Assembly: GCA_010093605.1 (NCBI GenBank)
Contig: MU004196.1
Coordinates: 704,606 to 768,605, forward strand
Direction of reading: 5' to 3'
DNA from: Lophium mytilinum
Lineage: Eukaryota
DNA length: 64,000 nt
Shown here piece by piece: positions 61,398 through 64,000 of the stretch; the stretch's first letter is position 1, and every line of letters begins with the position of its first letter. Made by a program: the position numbers and the translations under genes. The notes beneath the pieces are model-generated. The model was not told the DNA's origin. It did no database searches and saw only the letters and a program-made list of their open reading frames with translations.

Positions 61398-64000
61398 TTT
61401 TCTTTGGGGTTTGGGGCCAGGTGGGTAGCAATCGTGACTTTTGGAATAAAGAGTTTGAAGACAGGATTGATTGGTGAGCGATTGTGAACCTAAGAATGAC
61501 GACCGGAGACTATTGAGGAGGAATGGTTTACCTATGCGAATAGAGAGAATGAGAGAATGTTGGATTTGAGTCAAGTAGTGTACTCAGGGTAGGCTAAGTA
61601 TGCGGAGATGTGATCGCGAGGAAATGTACATCCGGGCCTTTGATTTCGACTTGCTGGACCACGTCCGCGATCTTTTCGCCTTCTGCCGATTCCGGTTGCG
61701 TGATTCATTAGTGGTGTCGGAGCTGTGAGCTTTCGAGAATGCGGGGTAGCTCTGCTCATAGTAGATTTTGGAAGTGGAGGTTTAGACCCCGCATGGTTGA
61801 TCAGGGTCGACGGCTCCGGCGCGAGTCATGTGTTGCTATTCGATGAAGTTTGTAAATGCTGTCAGGTATAGAGTACGATAAGTAGGTCTCAAAGCAATTA
61901 GCTATTGATATGAGAGTAGAGCATCCGTCGAGCTTATCTACAAGCTGGGCGGTGTTCTGATCTATTTGAAGTTTCAAGGACCAGAAGTTGTCATTGATTG
62001 CATTGAACCGATCGTATCTCGAGTAGGCTTGGTGTTGAGTTTCCGACACGAGACGTCGCGAACGGAATGCTTGGCTGCCGAAACACGGCAAGCTGAGACG
62101 GGAGAGCACCCGAGTGGTGTGCCTGATCTGCAGGATGAATCGGCCCAGTGAAGAGATGGTGCTACACGGAGAGCGAAGCTTAAAATCGCTTGGGCTGGGA
62201 AACATTCCGCACGCTACATCGCTGTCGATATCAGAGTCAGCATCGGTGCAATCTCGCATGTCGGTCGCGAGGGGACTATGCAGGCATTGTTATCAGTCAG
62301 CGGGGCGGAGAAATGCTGTTTCTGTTGCAATATTGGATGGCGGTCTCCACTCTAGATGAGCGGCTACGAAATAGGCAGTATACGTGTTCTGGCGTCATCG
62401 AGGTCGGGAATGAAGAATATGAATGGCGATGGAAGTGCAGGATGACCAACAATGCAGCGCTGAGAAAGAGGTGATAATGTACTACCAATCTGTTCCGCTG
62501 ACATAAGATCCGCATAGCTATTGATAGAATAGCTAGCATGGAGTCCCATGTGTTGGAGGAGGACTGAAGCGAGGAATGAAGCAGGCCGAGCAGACTAATC
62601 GTGGCAGCACGAGGTGGCTATGGGTGATGGGATCGAGACGGGGGCAGATGCCGTTCGTGGAATGCGCAAGGACCCCGCTGCGGTGTTGCGGGCGTACAGA
62701 TGGGTCTAGAGAGATGAGGGAGGTGGAAAACTGGAACGGGGGAGCAAGGACCGTGGTGTTGGGGTGCTGTGCTGGGGTGGCAAGGGGCCAAGGGCATGGT
62801 TCGCATTGCTCACTTTTGGCGAGATGCTTGATTGAGGGCGGCGGTGCTGAGCGAAGAAGACGTGTGCAGCCCGTTCGAAGCTTAAGGCCAGGCCCAAGGG
62901 GTTTGGTCAGCGTAGATTTGGTAGCCTGAGGCTCGTTGGGATGGAGCCGCTCGGCCCCTTTTCCATCACCAAGCAAGCGTCAGGGTCCGTGGTGTTGAGC
63001 TTCGGCGAACTGCCACACCGCAACGGTGCTTGCATCGGGACGGCAAGGCTCCTTGGACGGCATCTCGTAGCCGCTGGGACGACGCTTAGCACGCTCGAGT
63101 CGGTGGCTGCCGAGCGTCGCAGGTTGAAAGATTCGGAGATTTTGCCAAGGGCGGCCCTGTCGTGACGACCCCGTGGCTGAAACGATGACGGTGAGGAAAC
63201 GAGGGCGGCCACAAAGGGCGGCGTTCCCATATGGCCGCCAATCGCGAGTCTGTCTCGATGCCACGAGAAGGTGAGCGTGCGAGCTGAGGGCACAGTAACG
63301 CTGGCGGTGGCACACAGCGTCCAGCCCCGAGGGCAGAGCGTCAAAGTCAACGAGAGGTTGCGCGCAATCGAGCTCCCCTCACGGACCCCGGCTGGCGTGC
63401 TCTTAGACCGTCATGGCGCCAGGAACCCGCGGCCGCCCATTCGCTGGCCCGCTCGCCCCCCGGCCAGGGTCGTTGTTTGAGATGGACGATCGTTCTAATT
63501 TGGTGGAGTCTGGGTGGGTCGCCCCGTTGGAGGAAACGAGATGAGAGGAAACAACACCACGCCCTCGGCTCGCAGTCGGCATGCCGGTGCCCAGCGTCGG
63601 CTTCCGCTGGCCACGGCATGGAGAGACACAGAAGCCAGGACAACTCCGAGAGCGAGCTGCCATCGTGTGCGTTGTCGTAGCTGATGCAGCCGGGAGCCAG
63701 CTGGTGCGATGCACGGCGGGAGGGCGCAGCGGCTGGGGCGACGACGGTGGCCGGATCGCGGCCGTTGAGTGGCTTCCAGGGCCTCTGAGCACGAGCCCGC
63801 CGGCGTTGCTAGCCTGTTCCTGGGGCCGCCGGCTTGAAATTGCTCACAGGGGCCTTGCGCAGCCGCTGGACGAGTCTTGGCAGCAATCAGCGTGCGACTT
63901 TTGTTCAACACCCCCCGCTGCCGTCTCTCCTCTTCTCCTTCACCTCACAAGACTTCAGTTCTTCCACACTCGTTCCAGTCTCTTGCAGACGTGCCTCTCT

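Noticed and set aside
1..64000. GA-AG intron targets of the putative variant U1 within this window
   Set aside because: All reconstructed genes splice with GT donors; the GGAAAGT occurrences seen (e.g. ~4504, ~8384) lie in open coding frames and need no splicing.

Overview
Eukaryotic, intron-rich DNA from a filamentous ascomycete (Pezizomycotina, probably a Dothideomycete; taxon inferred from gene content, short GT-AG introns and CTRAC branch sites). About 25 protein-coding genes can be reconstructed by hand: RSP5/HulA HECT ligase, a GPI-anchored protein, a PTH11-like receptor fused to a FucP-type MFS permease, GRX5, CCP1, VFA1, a C2H2 transcription factor, YVH1, TatD, a KHDC4-like KH protein, ILV6, COA1, SERF/4F5, a cupredoxin-like secreted protein, SMN, NCBP3, DOT5/PrxQ, an amino-acid permease, an SDR, a DUF1857 protein, a peroxisomal cupin and several hypotheticals. 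No intact transposon, rRNA, tRNA or CRISPR is visible. Strongest oddities: (1) a structured ~165-nt non-coding RNA candidate at 39010-39176 (-) with snRNA-like layout, whose putative 5' end ACUUUCC is a one-base variant of the U1 splice-site-reading sequence ACUUACC, located among RNA-processing genes (KHDC4, SMN, NCBP3); (2) an ~882-aa receptor-transporter fusion; (3) a long intronic hairpin and a hidden alternative last exon in the KH gene; (4) a duplicated CCAAT/HapX-type plus E-box module upstream of CCP1; (5) two degenerate tandem arrays (108-bp and 141-bp units) flanking NCBP3. All exon boundaries, folds and family calls were made by eye; no database searches were run.
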